A DNA stretch of 64,000 bases from the NCBI GenBank assembly GCA_040756235.1, contig JBFLZG010000103.1, positions 8,686-72,685 of the forward strand. Direction: 5' to 3'. Shown here piece after piece: positions 18,212 to 26,872 of the stretch. Made by a program: the position numbers and the translations under genes. The stretch comes from a bacterium (lineage in GTDB: Bacteria > Desulfobacterota > DSWW01). The notes beneath the pieces were generated by a model. The model had not been told where the DNA came from. It made no database searches and worked only from the letters and a program-made list of their open reading frames with translations. How positions within the stretch are numbered: the first letter of the stretch is position 1; each line of letters starts with the position of its first letter.

Positions 18212-18526
18212 TCACCTCCTTAGCTGAATCGCTTGGACCTCGAGAGCGCAGTCGTTGTCCAGGGTCACCTTCACGACCTCGGTGGCGCAGAGGCCGCTCA
18301 GCGTGATCGGGTTCTCTTCCGGGTCGAGGATCTCCGCCTTCTCGCACAGACGGATCTTCTCGCCGGCCACGACAACGAACGTCTTGCCGTAGCGCGAGAG
18401 CTTGCCCGTGATCACGTTGCCGTCCCGCGCGAGCTCGGCCAGGGGGTTCCGCTCCTCCTGGGCCGAGACGGGCCAGGCCATCAAGGCAAGCAGGAGGCCG
18501 GCCCATAGAGCGGCATACCGCGACAT
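18212..18526 (-). CDS. Small secreted beta-rich protein leading the pilY1 operon (possible PilY2 analogue)
   Basis: Sec signal ending VSA; 104 aa; stop 1 bp before the pilY1 start. Confidence 0.65.
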   Translation of the reverse strand: MSRYAALWAGLLLALMAWPVSAQEERNPLAELARDGNVITGKLSRYGKTFVVVAGEKIRLCEKAEILDPEENPITLSGLCATEVVKVTLDNDCALEVQAIQLRR

Positions 18527-18912
18527 GGAGGACTTTCCTTTTCGGATCGGTCCAGGGAAAAGAAGGCGGTTGCCGGACCACCCCGCAAGGTTACGGAAAG
18601 GGCACCACAGGGTTACGACCGAGAGCATTTTCGTATGGGGCGCCTCCCCTTGCGCGCGGATCGTCCTCCTGTCGGGCGCGCGGCGACCGACGTTCGACCG
18701 GTGTCTCCAACGACCGAGCAGAGCGGACTTTCCCATGGTTCATCGTCCTCTATAATGTGATGGACGTTCAGGAAGTTATTGACCAAAGCTCATGTTGTTT
18801 ATAAAATTCCTCTGCAGCGGAGCCCTGCGCGTCTTTGCGGTCCCGGGAGCCGATCGGCCGTACCTCCATTTTTCATGGCAGGGTGTGAACCAGCGGGCTC
18901 ATCCTGTGCAGA

Positions 18913-18928
18913 CGCAGGATGTGTGCCA
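18913..18928 (-). promoter_or_regulatory. Candidate sigma54 promoter for the pilY1 operon
   Basis: Minus strand reads TGGCACACATCCTGCG (GG-N10-GC). Confidence 0.5.
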
Positions 18929-19161
18929 CGGGCAGGAAGACCCCGGCTGCAGAGGCGACCGGAATCCGTTTCTCCCTTCTGCTTGGGGGAGATGTTCAGG
19001 TGACGTGTCCTTGCCCGCCCGCGCCCTTGCTCGAAGCCGAATCCGCCGGGTTGGCGGGTCTTCAGGAGGCGGCGGAGACGGGCGGCTGCCGCCTTTGACT
19101 CCATCCGTTGCGGGACTAGAATAGAGCCTGTGCCGAGGAGGGCAGCGGCCTAAAGGAGAAG

Positions 19162-19914
19162 GTGGGGATGGCCGATAGAGTTAAAGGAGGAGAGGATCCG
19201 TCTCCGGCGGTTGCCGGCAGGGACGGGATCGGGCAGGAAATCGCCCGCTACGAGCAGATCCTTTCGCGCGAGCCCTGCTCTCTGGTTTTCGCGGCTCTTT
19301 CGGAGGCCTACCGGAAAAGAAGAATGCTCAGCCAGGCCATCGAAGTCTGCAGGAGGGGCTTGCGCTCCCATCCTCGGTTTGCCAGCGGCAGGGTCGCTCT
19401 GGCGCGGGCGTATTTCGACGCCGGCCAGGTCGAGCTTTGCAGGCAGGAGCTGGAAAAGGTCATCGTGACCGTTCCGGATAATCTGGTCGCCCTCAGGCTT
19501 CTGGCCGCCATCTACCGCGACAGATCGGACCTCGGCCGCCTGGAACCAACGGCCCGGCAGATCCTGGCGCTGGATCCCGGGGACGGTGAGGCCGCCGAGA
19601 GCCTCGAGTGGGCCCGGTCCCTCCGAAAGGGGATAGCCTTGAACGATGAGAAAGGCTGCGGCAGCCGCGAAATCGTCACCCGGACCCTGGCGGAGATCTA
19701 TGCTTCCCAGGGGTATCTGGAGAGGGCCGTCGAGATCTACGGCTGGCTCTGCCGCAGGGAGCCGGAGAACGCTCCCTGCGGGGAGCGGCTGGCCCAGCTC
19801 CGGGAGAAGCTCGCGATGCGCTCAGCTCGGGCGAAGGGAAAGGGAGAGCACAAGGGCGAGTCGCCGGACTCGGGATGCATCGCGGAAGAGGCGGGCGGGG
19901 AGGAGCCGGCATGA
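19162..19914 (+). CDS. Tetratricopeptide repeat protein
   Basis: [39 protein letters not shown] helices; ATGA overlap with aroQ. Confidence 0.85.
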   Translation: MGMADRVKGGEDPSPAVAGRDGIGQEIARYEQILSREPCSLVFAALSEAYRKRRMLSQAIEVCRRGLRSHPRFASGRVALARAYFDAGQVELCRQELEKVIVTVPDNLVALRLLAAIYRDRSDLGRLEPTARQILALDPGDGEAAESLEWARSLRKGIALNDEKGCGSREIVTRTLAEIYASQGYLERAVEIYGWLCRREPENAPCGERLAQLREKLAMRSARAKGKGEHKGESPDSGCIAEEAGGEEPA

Positions 19915-20375
19915 GGATCCTGATCCTTCATGGCCCCAATCTCAACCTGCTGGGAGAGAGGGAGCCTCACCTTTACGGGAGAGAGAGCCTCGCCGCGCTG
20001 AACGAAAGGCTCGTCGAGCGGGCGCGCGAGCTCGGCGTCCGCATCGCGGAGACGTTCCAGAGCAACTCCGAAGGCGAGTTGGTGGACAGGGTGCAGAGGG
20101 CTCGCGGACAGGCGGACGGCATCGTGCTCAACGCGGGCGCCTACACCCACACGAGCATTGCATTGCGCGACGCACTGCTGGCTGCGTCGGTGCCTTTCGT
20201 CGAGGTCCACCTCTCGAACGTGTTCGCCCGCGAGCCGTTCCGGCGCCGCTCCTACCTCTCGGACATTGCCGTCGGCATCGTCTCCGGGTTCGGCCCGGAC
20301 AGCTACCTCTTCGGGCTCGAAGGGATCGTTCATTGGGTCAGGAACAGGCAAGCGCAAGCGCCCTCATCCGGGTGA
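19911..20375 (+). CDS. aroQ: Type II 3-dehydroquinate dehydratase
   Basis: [42 protein letters not shown]. Confidence 0.96.
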   Translation: MRILILHGPNLNLLGEREPHLYGRESLAALNERLVERARELGVRIAETFQSNSEGELVDRVQRARGQADGIVLNAGAYTHTSIALRDALLAASVPFVEVHLSNVFAREPFRRRSYLSDIAVGIVSGFGPDSYLFGLEGIVHWVRNRQAQAPSSG

Positions 20376-20436
20376 GCGGGGGCGAGAGAAGGCCCGTATC
20401 CGACGGTTGAGACGCATCATCGAAAAGGTCCTGTCC

Positions 20437-21813
20437 ATGATCAGGAAGATTCGGGATTTCATCGGCCGGAGGAAGATGGAGAGTATTCGCAACGAGTACC
20501 TCCAGCAGATCCAGAAGAACCCCCAGGATACCCGCAGCCGGCTGAAGCTGGGCGACCTGCACGCAAAGAGCGGACAGATTCCAGAGGCAACCGAGCAGTA
20601 CATGGCCTGCGCCGAGATTTTCGCGCAGGCCGGTTTCCAGCTGAAATCGATCGCCCTCTACAAGCAGATCCTGAAGCTTCAGCCCGATTCCATGCAGGCG
20701 CTGAGGAGAATCGCCCAGCTTTCCCTGCAATACGGCCTCTACGCAGATGCCTTTCCGTACTACCAGACCCTGGTTGAATCCTTGCGCAGCCAGGGCGCCG
20801 GGGAGCGGCTCTTCGCGCTCTATGAAGAGATGTCCAACCTGCCGATCCGCGATCTCCGGCAAAAGGCGCTGGTGCTCGACGCCCTCCTGCCGGAGCCCCA
20901 GGGGGCCTTTGTCGAGCCTTATGATCGGCTTTGCAGAATCGCCCGCGACATGGTCGGCGAGCCCAGACTGGCCGGCGATGCCCGGGTCCTGTGCGAGTGG
21001 CTCGTCGCGGCCTACCCGGACCAATGCGAGGCACGCGAGATTCACGTGTCTCTTCTCCACAGATGCGCCGGCAGGGCGGAGTTCGAGCGGTCGCTCGGCA
21101 AGCTCGAGCAGTTTTATCGCGACACGCGCCAACTGGAAGCAAAGATGCCGTTCCTCCAGCAGTTCGCCGAAGGCGAGGCACCCGTCGCTCTGACTCCCGG
21201 TGCCCTGGACGAGAAGTCGGCCCAGAAGGGCAGGCCGAACCCGAACCAGGTCAAGGTGAAGATGGAGGCGGACATCTACGAGCTGATGCGCAAGAAGTCC
21301 GAGGCGCACCCGGACCACGGCGCAGATGCCGACACGCCCGCGGGCCTCGGCTCCCACCAGGGGCCTCCGGCCGAAAGGCTCGAGTTCCAGGATCTGTTCT
21401 CCACGTTCAAGGAGGGCATTCGGGAGCAGGTCGGCCGGGGCGATCACGAGACTCATTACAACCTGGGCATCGCGTATCAGGAGATGGGTCTGTACGATGA
21501 GGCGATCCAGGAGCTCGAGCTCGCCTGCGGGGACCCGGCCATGCGGCCCGATGCGCACTTCCTCATGGGCAGATGCTCGGCCGAAAGCCAGCGCTGGGAG
21601 GAGGCCCTCGCGTACTACCAGAAGGCGCTGGATGCGGAGAACCTCGAGCTGGAGAAGAGCCGCGGGATTCGCTACGAGCTCGGCATGGCCCTGCGCGCCG
21701 TAGGCCGGGACGCGGATGCCCTGCGCACCTTCCAGCAGATCCGCGAGGAAGCGGACCACTATCGGGACACCGACCGGCAGATCGAAGAGATCCTCCAGGC
21801 CTCCGGCGCCTGA
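20437..21813 (+). CDS. TPR protein, SgmX-like
   Basis: N-terminal TPRs (KLGDLH, KSIALYKQILKL) and C-terminal THYNLGIAYQEMGL...RYELG..YRD TPRs next to a pil cluster. Confidence 0.75.
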   Translation: MIRKIRDFIGRRKMESIRNEYLQQIQKNPQDTRSRLKLGDLHAKSGQIPEATEQYMACAEIFAQAGFQLKSIALYKQILKLQPDSMQALRRIAQLSLQYGLYADAFPYYQTLVESLRSQGAGERLFALYEEMSNLPIRDLRQKALVLDALLPEPQGAFVEPYDRLCRIARDMVGEPRLAGDARVLCEWLVAAYPDQCEAREIHVSLLHRCAGRAEFERSLGKLEQFYRDTRQLEAKMPFLQQFAEGEAPVALTPGALDEKSAQKGRPNPNQVKVKMEADIYELMRKKSEAHPDHGADADTPAGLGSHQGPPAERLEFQDLFSTFKEGIREQVGRGDHETHYNLGIAYQEMGLYDEAIQELELACGDPAMRPDAHFLMGRCSAESQRWEEALAYYQKALDAENLELEKSRGIRYELGMALRAVGRDADALRTFQQIREEADHYRDTDRQIEEILQASGA

Positions 21814-21814
21814 A

Positions 21815-22015
21815 GGCCGCCCGGCTCTGCGCTCGCTTTGCCGCCCTGGACGCGCTCCCCGACGTACCGCGGCAACTCCTCGACGGCGGAGCACGCCACC
21901 CCCACGAGCATCGTGCCCATGGCCGCGTTGGCCATCGGCTCGATGATCATGAGCGCCCTGCGCACCCGGACCCTGTCCAGAAAAGTCTCCCCCTGAATTC
22001 CGATCCCGCTGGCCC
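21815..22015 (-). pseudogene. Acyl-CoA dehydrogenase-like internal remnant
   Basis: MGTMLVGVACSAVEELPRYVGERVQGGK resembles the ACAD C-domain GxAxxA...YAxERxQFGK motif; no own start. Confidence 0.5.
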
Positions 22016-22023
22016 GCGTGGCT

Positions 22024-22193
22024 CCAGCCGGGAAGAGTCGTCCAGGCTCCGGATCTTTGCGGTCCAGGTGTTCCGCGTCGACGCCGGCACGGGCGAGCCT
22101 CTGTCGGTGGTAAGGGGCGTGGGCGATGAGCCTTTGCATCATGATCTTCAACTTGGCGAGCTGGAGCTCTCACCTCTGCCATGATGCAATACG
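22024..22193. pseudogene. Decayed copy of 46404-46547 (paaK-like) fused to a copy of 49203-49227 (esterase)
   Basis: Direct alignment by eye: ~145 bp with ~7 mismatches and one 1-bp insertion, then 25 bp with 1 mismatch. Confidence 0.85.
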
Positions 22194-22225
22194 CTGTACT
22201 GAGCCGGCTCGAGCTGAACTTTTCA

Positions 22226-22259
22226 TGGGGCATTTTGCCCAGGCGGGGCAATTTGCCCT
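22226..22259. promoter_or_regulatory. Tandem palindrome, putative enhancer (UAS) copy 1
   Basis: GGGCATTTTGCCC-AGGCG-GGGCAATTTGCCC, identical over 34 bp to 36388-36421; weak GG-N10-GC at 22372-22386. Confidence 0.6.
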
Positions 22260-22561
22260 TGGGAGAATTCGGACTCTCCAGGGGCGGCGGGCCGGGCATC
22301 CAAGACCGCCGTCCCAACTTATACGCACTGAAGCTCCCCGAAGAGCCATTGCACCTGGAGCAGGACAACGCTGGCGCCTACTAAGCTTCGTTGCAGCGCA
22401 GTGGCCTGATTTTGTGTCTCTTTGAAGAGGCCGCGCGGAGCTGGCCCGTACGGCTCCAGAAACCCGGCGAGCCCGGCGCTCATCCAATCCCCTGTCCACC
22501 ATCGTCTACTCCCCTGTCCAAGAGAGATTCCTGTAACGCGCGGAGGAGTAACAACCGTCCG

Positions 22562-23332
22562 ATGCACTACTTTCCGCTCGCTTTCCCGTTTCTGGCCTTG
22601 TTCTTCGCGCTCTTCCTCGGTTTGATCGTCTTCGTCGAGGTCGGTGTGCTCAGGTACGTGTACGGCAGCATAGGGGTAAGCCATCGTTTCCTGTTCGCGC
22701 TGATCCTGCTTTCCCTGTTGGGGAGTTATGTGAATATCCCCGTTGCCCGGCTCCCTGCGGAGCACATCGAGACCGGGAAGGTGATCACGTACTTCGGTGT
22801 GCGGCACGTCGTGCCGATGGTCGTCGACTGGCCAGGGACGATCATCGCGGTCAACCTCGGGGGTGCTGTGGTCCCCACGCTCGTGTCGGTGTACCTGGTC
22901 TGGAAGAACAGGTTGTATTGGGAGGGCCCCCTTGCAGTCGCCGCCGTAGCTTACGTAGCCCATGAGCTGGCGCACCCCGTGCCGGGTCTGGGCATCGCCG
23001 AACCTGTGTTCATCCCTCCCCTCATCAGCGCCGTGGTCGTGGTGCTGGTCTCCCGGAGGCGTGCGGCCCCCCTGGCCTATGCAGCGGGCAGCCTGGGGAC
23101 TTTGATCGGGGCGGACCTCTTGAACCTCGGTAAGATAAACGGGCTGGGGGCGCCGATCGCCTCCATCGGTGGCGCCGGGACCTTCGACGGGATCTTCTTG
23201 TCCGGCATCCTGACCGTACTTCTGGCAAGCTTCATGACCCGGAGACAGGAAAAACCGCAGGATGCCGCAAGCCCGGGACACGGCGCACTCACGCCTCCGA
23301 GCCATAGAGAAACAAAAGACGGTTGGCCATAA
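22562..23332 (+). CDS. DUF1614-family membrane protein
   Basis: GSYVNIPV, IAVNLGGAVVP, GTLIGADLLNL, SIGGAGTFDGIFL. Confidence 0.85.
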   Translation: MHYFPLAFPFLALFFALFLGLIVFVEVGVLRYVYGSIGVSHRFLFALILLSLLGSYVNIPVARLPAEHIETGKVITYFGVRHVVPMVVDWPGTIIAVNLGGAVVPTLVSVYLVWKNRLYWEGPLAVAAVAYVAHELAHPVPGLGIAEPVFIPPLISAVVVVLVSRRRAAPLAYAAGSLGTLIGADLLNLGKINGLGAPIASIGGAGTFDGIFLSGILTVLLASFMTRRQEKPQDAASPGHGALTPPSHRETKDGWP

Positions 23333-23744
23333 AATCGATGAAAGTGCCACCCGCCCGGGTACGCAGGTTTTGCCGTCTTGCCGACCGCGGTGTCCGGGAT
23401 CTTCATCCGTACGATGAGGATATGGTCTTCCGGCACCTCCTGCAGCTCGCAGTCGTGAAGGCCACGGCTGAGAAAAGCGGCGCGCACCTCGCTCATCCGG
23501 AAGATCTCTGCCGCCTGGAAAGCTCTCTGGGAAGTCTCTCCCGGAAAGGATTCGCCGGTGTTCAGATGGGGTTCTTTCCAGACGTCGCAGGGGCGAATAA
23601 TGAGTCGCCCCTACCGGAAGAACGCCGTGTTTATGTGGAGAATCAGCCCCTTGTTTCAGCTGCCGGGGCTTGGCGGCAGCATCCGGCGGCGGGAGGCTTC
23701 CGGACCGGGCGTGGCAACTCGACGACCGGCAAAAGTGAGATCGA

Positions 23745-24134
23745 TCAGAGACCCCCTCCCAAGAGGCTGAAGATGAGCAGGGTGAGCACGATGCAGGTCA
23801 CAACGACGTACGTCCGGTCCCGCTGCAGTGCGAAGGCGAACAGGGAAAAGGCCACGCGTGCCACAGGCGTGGCGATCAACAGCAGGAGACCCAGTTGGAT
23901 CACCCCCCTGGCTTTGCCGGTCAGGGCCTGCCGGGCGATCCCGGGCACGTGGTTCAATTCCGCAGGTTCTCCGAGAAAGACCGCATAGTGGGGTTCTTCG
24001 TCACCGTGGCGGACCAGAAAGAGGAAGCCTCCGGCCAGAACGACCAGAGCGGCGAGAATGACCCCGCTTCTCAGCAGGCTCCCCAGGATCCGCTCGATCT
24101 GTTCGTCGGACCACACGAGCTTATCGTCGAACAC
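23745..24134 (-). CDS. DUF1634-family membrane protein
   Basis: IQLGLLLLIATPVARV...RDRTY; adjacent to a TauE/SafE gene. Confidence 0.85.
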   Translation of the reverse strand: MFDDKLVWSDEQIERILGSLLRSGVILAALVVLAGGFLFLVRHGDEEPHYAVFLGEPAELNHVPGIARQALTGKARGVIQLGLLLLIATPVARVAFSLFAFALQRDRTYVVVTCIVLTLLIFSLLGGGL

Positions 24135-24971
24135 TCAGAGCCTCCCGGTCAGTCCGTTGTAGATCATCTCGATGCCCAACGCCAGGATGACGGCCGCGAA
24201 GACCAGCCTGAGCAAACGCGTCCTGGCGGCCAGAAGGAACCGGGCACCCAGAAGCGACCCGGCGAGCACCCCCAGCATGACCGGCATGGCCAAACCTGGG
24301 TCGATGTACCCGCGGTTGAGGTACACCCCGGCGCTGGCCGCGGCCGTGACGCCGATCATGAAGTTGCTGGTGGTCGTCGACACCTTGAATGGGACGCGCA
24401 TGGCCCGGTCCATGGCGATGACCTTCACCGCCCCGGAGCCGATCCCGAGCAGGCCGGACAGAGAGCCTGCCACGAACATGAGGCTGAACCCTGCGGGGAT
24501 CGCATGAACGTGGTAGGGTCTCGGACCTTCAGGTGTCGGGTAGGCGGCGTCCATCCTGAGGAGCTGCGCCAGATGGTCGGGCTCGCCATTCCCCGCTCCG
24601 CCGACTCGAGGCCGGGCGGAAAGGTAGGCCGAGTAGAGGAGGACGATACCGAAGATCACCGCGATCGCAGCGGTGGATATCCTGGCGGACAGGGCGGCCC
24701 CCACGAGCGCGCCGATCGTGGTCGCGATCTCGAGAAACATGCCGATCCGGATGTTGGAGAATCCTTCTTTCACGTACGCCGCGGCGGCGCCCGAGGAGGT
24801 CGCGATGACGGAAACCAGCGAGGCGCCGATCGCATAGCGGACGTCCACCCCGAAGGCGAGGGCCAGCAGAGGGACGATGACGACCCCGCCTCCAAGGCCC
24901 GTCAGAGACCCCAGGAAGCCCGCGACCAGAGAACCCAGACCGATCAGGGTGGTGAATTCGAGCTCGTTCAT
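24135..24971 (-). CDS. Sulfite exporter TauE/SafE family permease
   Basis: GSLTGLGGGV, SGLLGIGSG, KVSTTTSNFMIGVTA. Confidence 0.9.
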   Translation of the reverse strand: MNELEFTTLIGLGSLVAGFLGSLTGLGGGVVIVPLLALAFGVDVRYAIGASLVSVIATSSGAAAAYVKEGFSNIRIGMFLEIATTIGALVGAALSARISTAAIAVIFGIVLLYSAYLSARPRVGGAGNGEPDHLAQLLRMDAAYPTPEGPRPYHVHAIPAGFSLMFVAGSLSGLLGIGSGAVKVIAMDRAMRVPFKVSTTTSNFMIGVTAAASAGVYLNRGYIDPGLAMPVMLGVLAGSLLGARFLLAARTRLLRLVFAAVILALGIEMIYNGLTGRL

Positions 24972-25252
24972 GGATGCGATCCGGATGCTCCGCTTTTCAG
25001 CAAAGTAGAGATCACAGGTGGCCTAAAACGACGTGATGGATCGAAGTTCCGGGAAAGAAGGGCCGCGGCTATCGAAGAGTCTTCGAACGTTCAGGAAATC
25101 TCAACAATCGTCGCAGCCTTTTCTGTAAGATGCAAACCAGTGAAGGGCGGGTTTCCCGAAGCTCGAGAGGGGCGCCGTCCGCCTGCAGCCGAACGACATG
25201 CCTGTGACGACCGGCGAGCCCCCAGAAGTGTCACAATGGGCCGCCCGGCCGC

Positions 25253-25670
25253 TTGCTCCACCGGTGGTGCCTCATGGCGCTGGTGGTGTCGCTTTCGTGT
25301 CTGCCTCGACCTGTCACCGCCGGGGAGGGGAGCGCCTGGAGCAAGGAGGAAGCCCTCAGCACCACCCTGGCCAACGGGCTCAGGGTCGTCATCGTCCGGA
25401 ACGCCTTGGCCCCGGTGGTCACCACGGTCATGAACTACCTGGTGGGATCGGACGAGGCACCTGAGGGGTTCCCCGGGATGGCCCATGCTCAGGAACACAT
25501 GATGTTTCGCGGCAGCACGGGGCTCTCCGCGGACCAACTGGCCGACATCATCGCCGCCATGGGAGGCATGTTCGACGCCGACACGCAACAGGTCGTAACC
25601 CAATACTTCTTCACGGTGCCTGCCAGCGATCTGGATGTGGCCCTCCGCATCGAGGCGATCCGCATGGGGG
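25253..25670 (+). pseudogene. 3'-truncated M16 (insulinase-family) zinc peptidase
   Basis: Signal peptide, TLANGLRV, GMAHAQEHMMFRGS (HxxEH); similarity ends at EAIRMG, far short of a full M16 enzyme. Confidence 0.8.
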
Positions 25671-25831
25671 TGGACGGCCGCTCGGGGAGCTTCTTGGCCG
25701 GGATGGCTTCGAAAAGCCCCCGGACTCTGCCCAGCACCGCCGCGGGTTGCACATCGCCTCCTGCTGGTGGCCGTCACGGGCCGAGTTCCGGAGGCTGACC
25801 GCAGCCGTTGAGCTCTGCTTCACCGTCCGAC

Positions 25832-25860
25832 TTGACTCGAATCGCTTTACATCATACACT
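25832..25860 (+). promoter_or_regulatory. sigma70-type promoter of the toxin-antitoxin operon
   Basis: TTGACT-N17-TACACT. Confidence 0.6.
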
Positions 25861-25892
25861 ATTTCCAACTTATCAAAGAACAGGAGATATTC

Positions 25893-26135
25893 ATGCCAGT
25901 GTCAACCGTCTCATCAAAGGGGCAAATCACACTCCCTGCCCAGATCCGAAGGAAGTTGCAGATAAGGCCGAACGACCGGGTCACCATCGACGCTGTGGAC
26001 GACGCTATCGTTATCAAGCGGGCGCCGGACCTTTTCGCACTCAAGGGATTCCTTGGCAAGGCCATTCCGGAACGACAAGAGCGGGAGCGGATGCATCGAG
26101 CCGTCGCCGCACACGTGAAAGGCAGGCGTTCGTGA
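25893..26135 (+). CDS. AbrB/MazE/SpoVT-family antitoxin
   Basis: STVSSKGQITLPAQIRRKLQIRPND. Confidence 0.9.
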   Translation: MPVSTVSSKGQITLPAQIRRKLQIRPNDRVTIDAVDDAIVIKRAPDLFALKGFLGKAIPERQERERMHRAVAAHVKGRRS

Positions 26136-26539
26136 AGACGGTTTTCGTGGACGCTAACGTGTTTCTTCGCTTCTTCACCATAGACAATCTGGGACAACAC
26201 GATCAGGCTGCGCGGTTGCTCCGACAAGCGGCAGACGGGAAGGTCGCTCTGATAACCGGCCCTCCTGTTCTATTCGAGGTCGCGTGGGCCCTACGCTCAG
26301 CCTATAGGCAGACCAATGCGAAGGTGCTCGACGTGCTGGCGGCGATCGCCGCGCTTCCAGGCCTGCAACTGACGGACGCCCGAATCGTCGAAGGGGCTCT
26401 AACCCTCGCGAAGGCCAGCGGGCAAGAGTTCGCGGACGCGTACATCGCGTCCGCCGCAGGCGCGGTCGGTGCGGACGAAGTCGCAACCTTTAATCGAAGG
26501 CACTTCGACAAACTGGGCGTCGCGCTTTACGCCTTCTGA
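26132..26539 (+). CDS. vapC: PIN-domain VapC toxin
   Basis: VFVDANVFLR, VLFEVAW, FADAYI, ATFNRRHF; GTGA overlap with the antitoxin. Confidence 0.9.
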   Translation: MKTVFVDANVFLRFFTIDNLGQHDQAARLLRQAADGKVALITGPPVLFEVAWALRSAYRQTNAKVLDVLAAIAALPGLQLTDARIVEGALTLAKASGQEFADAYIASAAGAVGADEVATFNRRHFDKLGVALYAF

Positions 26540-26547
26540 GAGGGTTG

Positions 26548-26592
26548 CACAGACACCGCGAGGGCCAGCCGCGGGCCCTCGCGGTGTCTGTG
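26548..26592. repeat. Perfect 19-bp inverted repeat after vapC
   Basis: CACAGACACCGCGAGGGCC-N7-GGCCCTCGCGGTGTCTGTG; no U-tract. Confidence 0.7.
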
Positions 26593-26593
26593 G

Positions 26594-26836
26594 GTGAATC
26601 CGGACAGCAGTAGCCAGGTCTGGGACTTCGAGGGTGAGGTCTGCGACGTATCCCTTTGTTTGGTGTCGGACCGTGGGAGTGGGGAGTGGCGGACACAGGT
26701 GTTCAGAACACGCTACTATCCCACGGGCATCGACAGGTTAATGGGTCTCTTGTCCCAGGCGGGTTTTCATGATGTGCTGCGGCTAGAAAACGCTCTTGAG
26801 GGGCCGACCATCGTCGGGGTGAAACCGCAGGAATAG
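26594..26836 (+). pseudogene. C-terminal fragment of a class I SAM methyltransferase-like gene
   Basis: QVWDFEG...FRTRYY...LLSQAGF; SAM-binding N-terminus missing. Confidence 0.5.
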
Positions 26837-26872
26837 GCCATACGAGGCAGCGGGACAAGGGAGGGGAAACCC

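Noticed and set aside
281..18526. Shufflon or invertible switch between pilin sets
   Set aside because: No recombinase and no repeated inversion sites within pilin or pilY1 coding ends.
22024..22168. DGR template/variable repeat pair with 46404-46547
   Set aside because: Mismatches are not adenine-specific and include an indel; no reverse transcriptase gene is present.
23340..23500. SecF-like remnant on the minus strand (EVRAAF...ELQEV...ILIVRMK)
   Set aside because: The resemblance is too short and weak to call without a search.
25800..26592. Integron cassette carrying the toxin-antitoxin pair
   Set aside because: GTTGAGC fits GTTRRRY, but there is no matching RYYYAAC, no typical attC bulged stem and no integrase.
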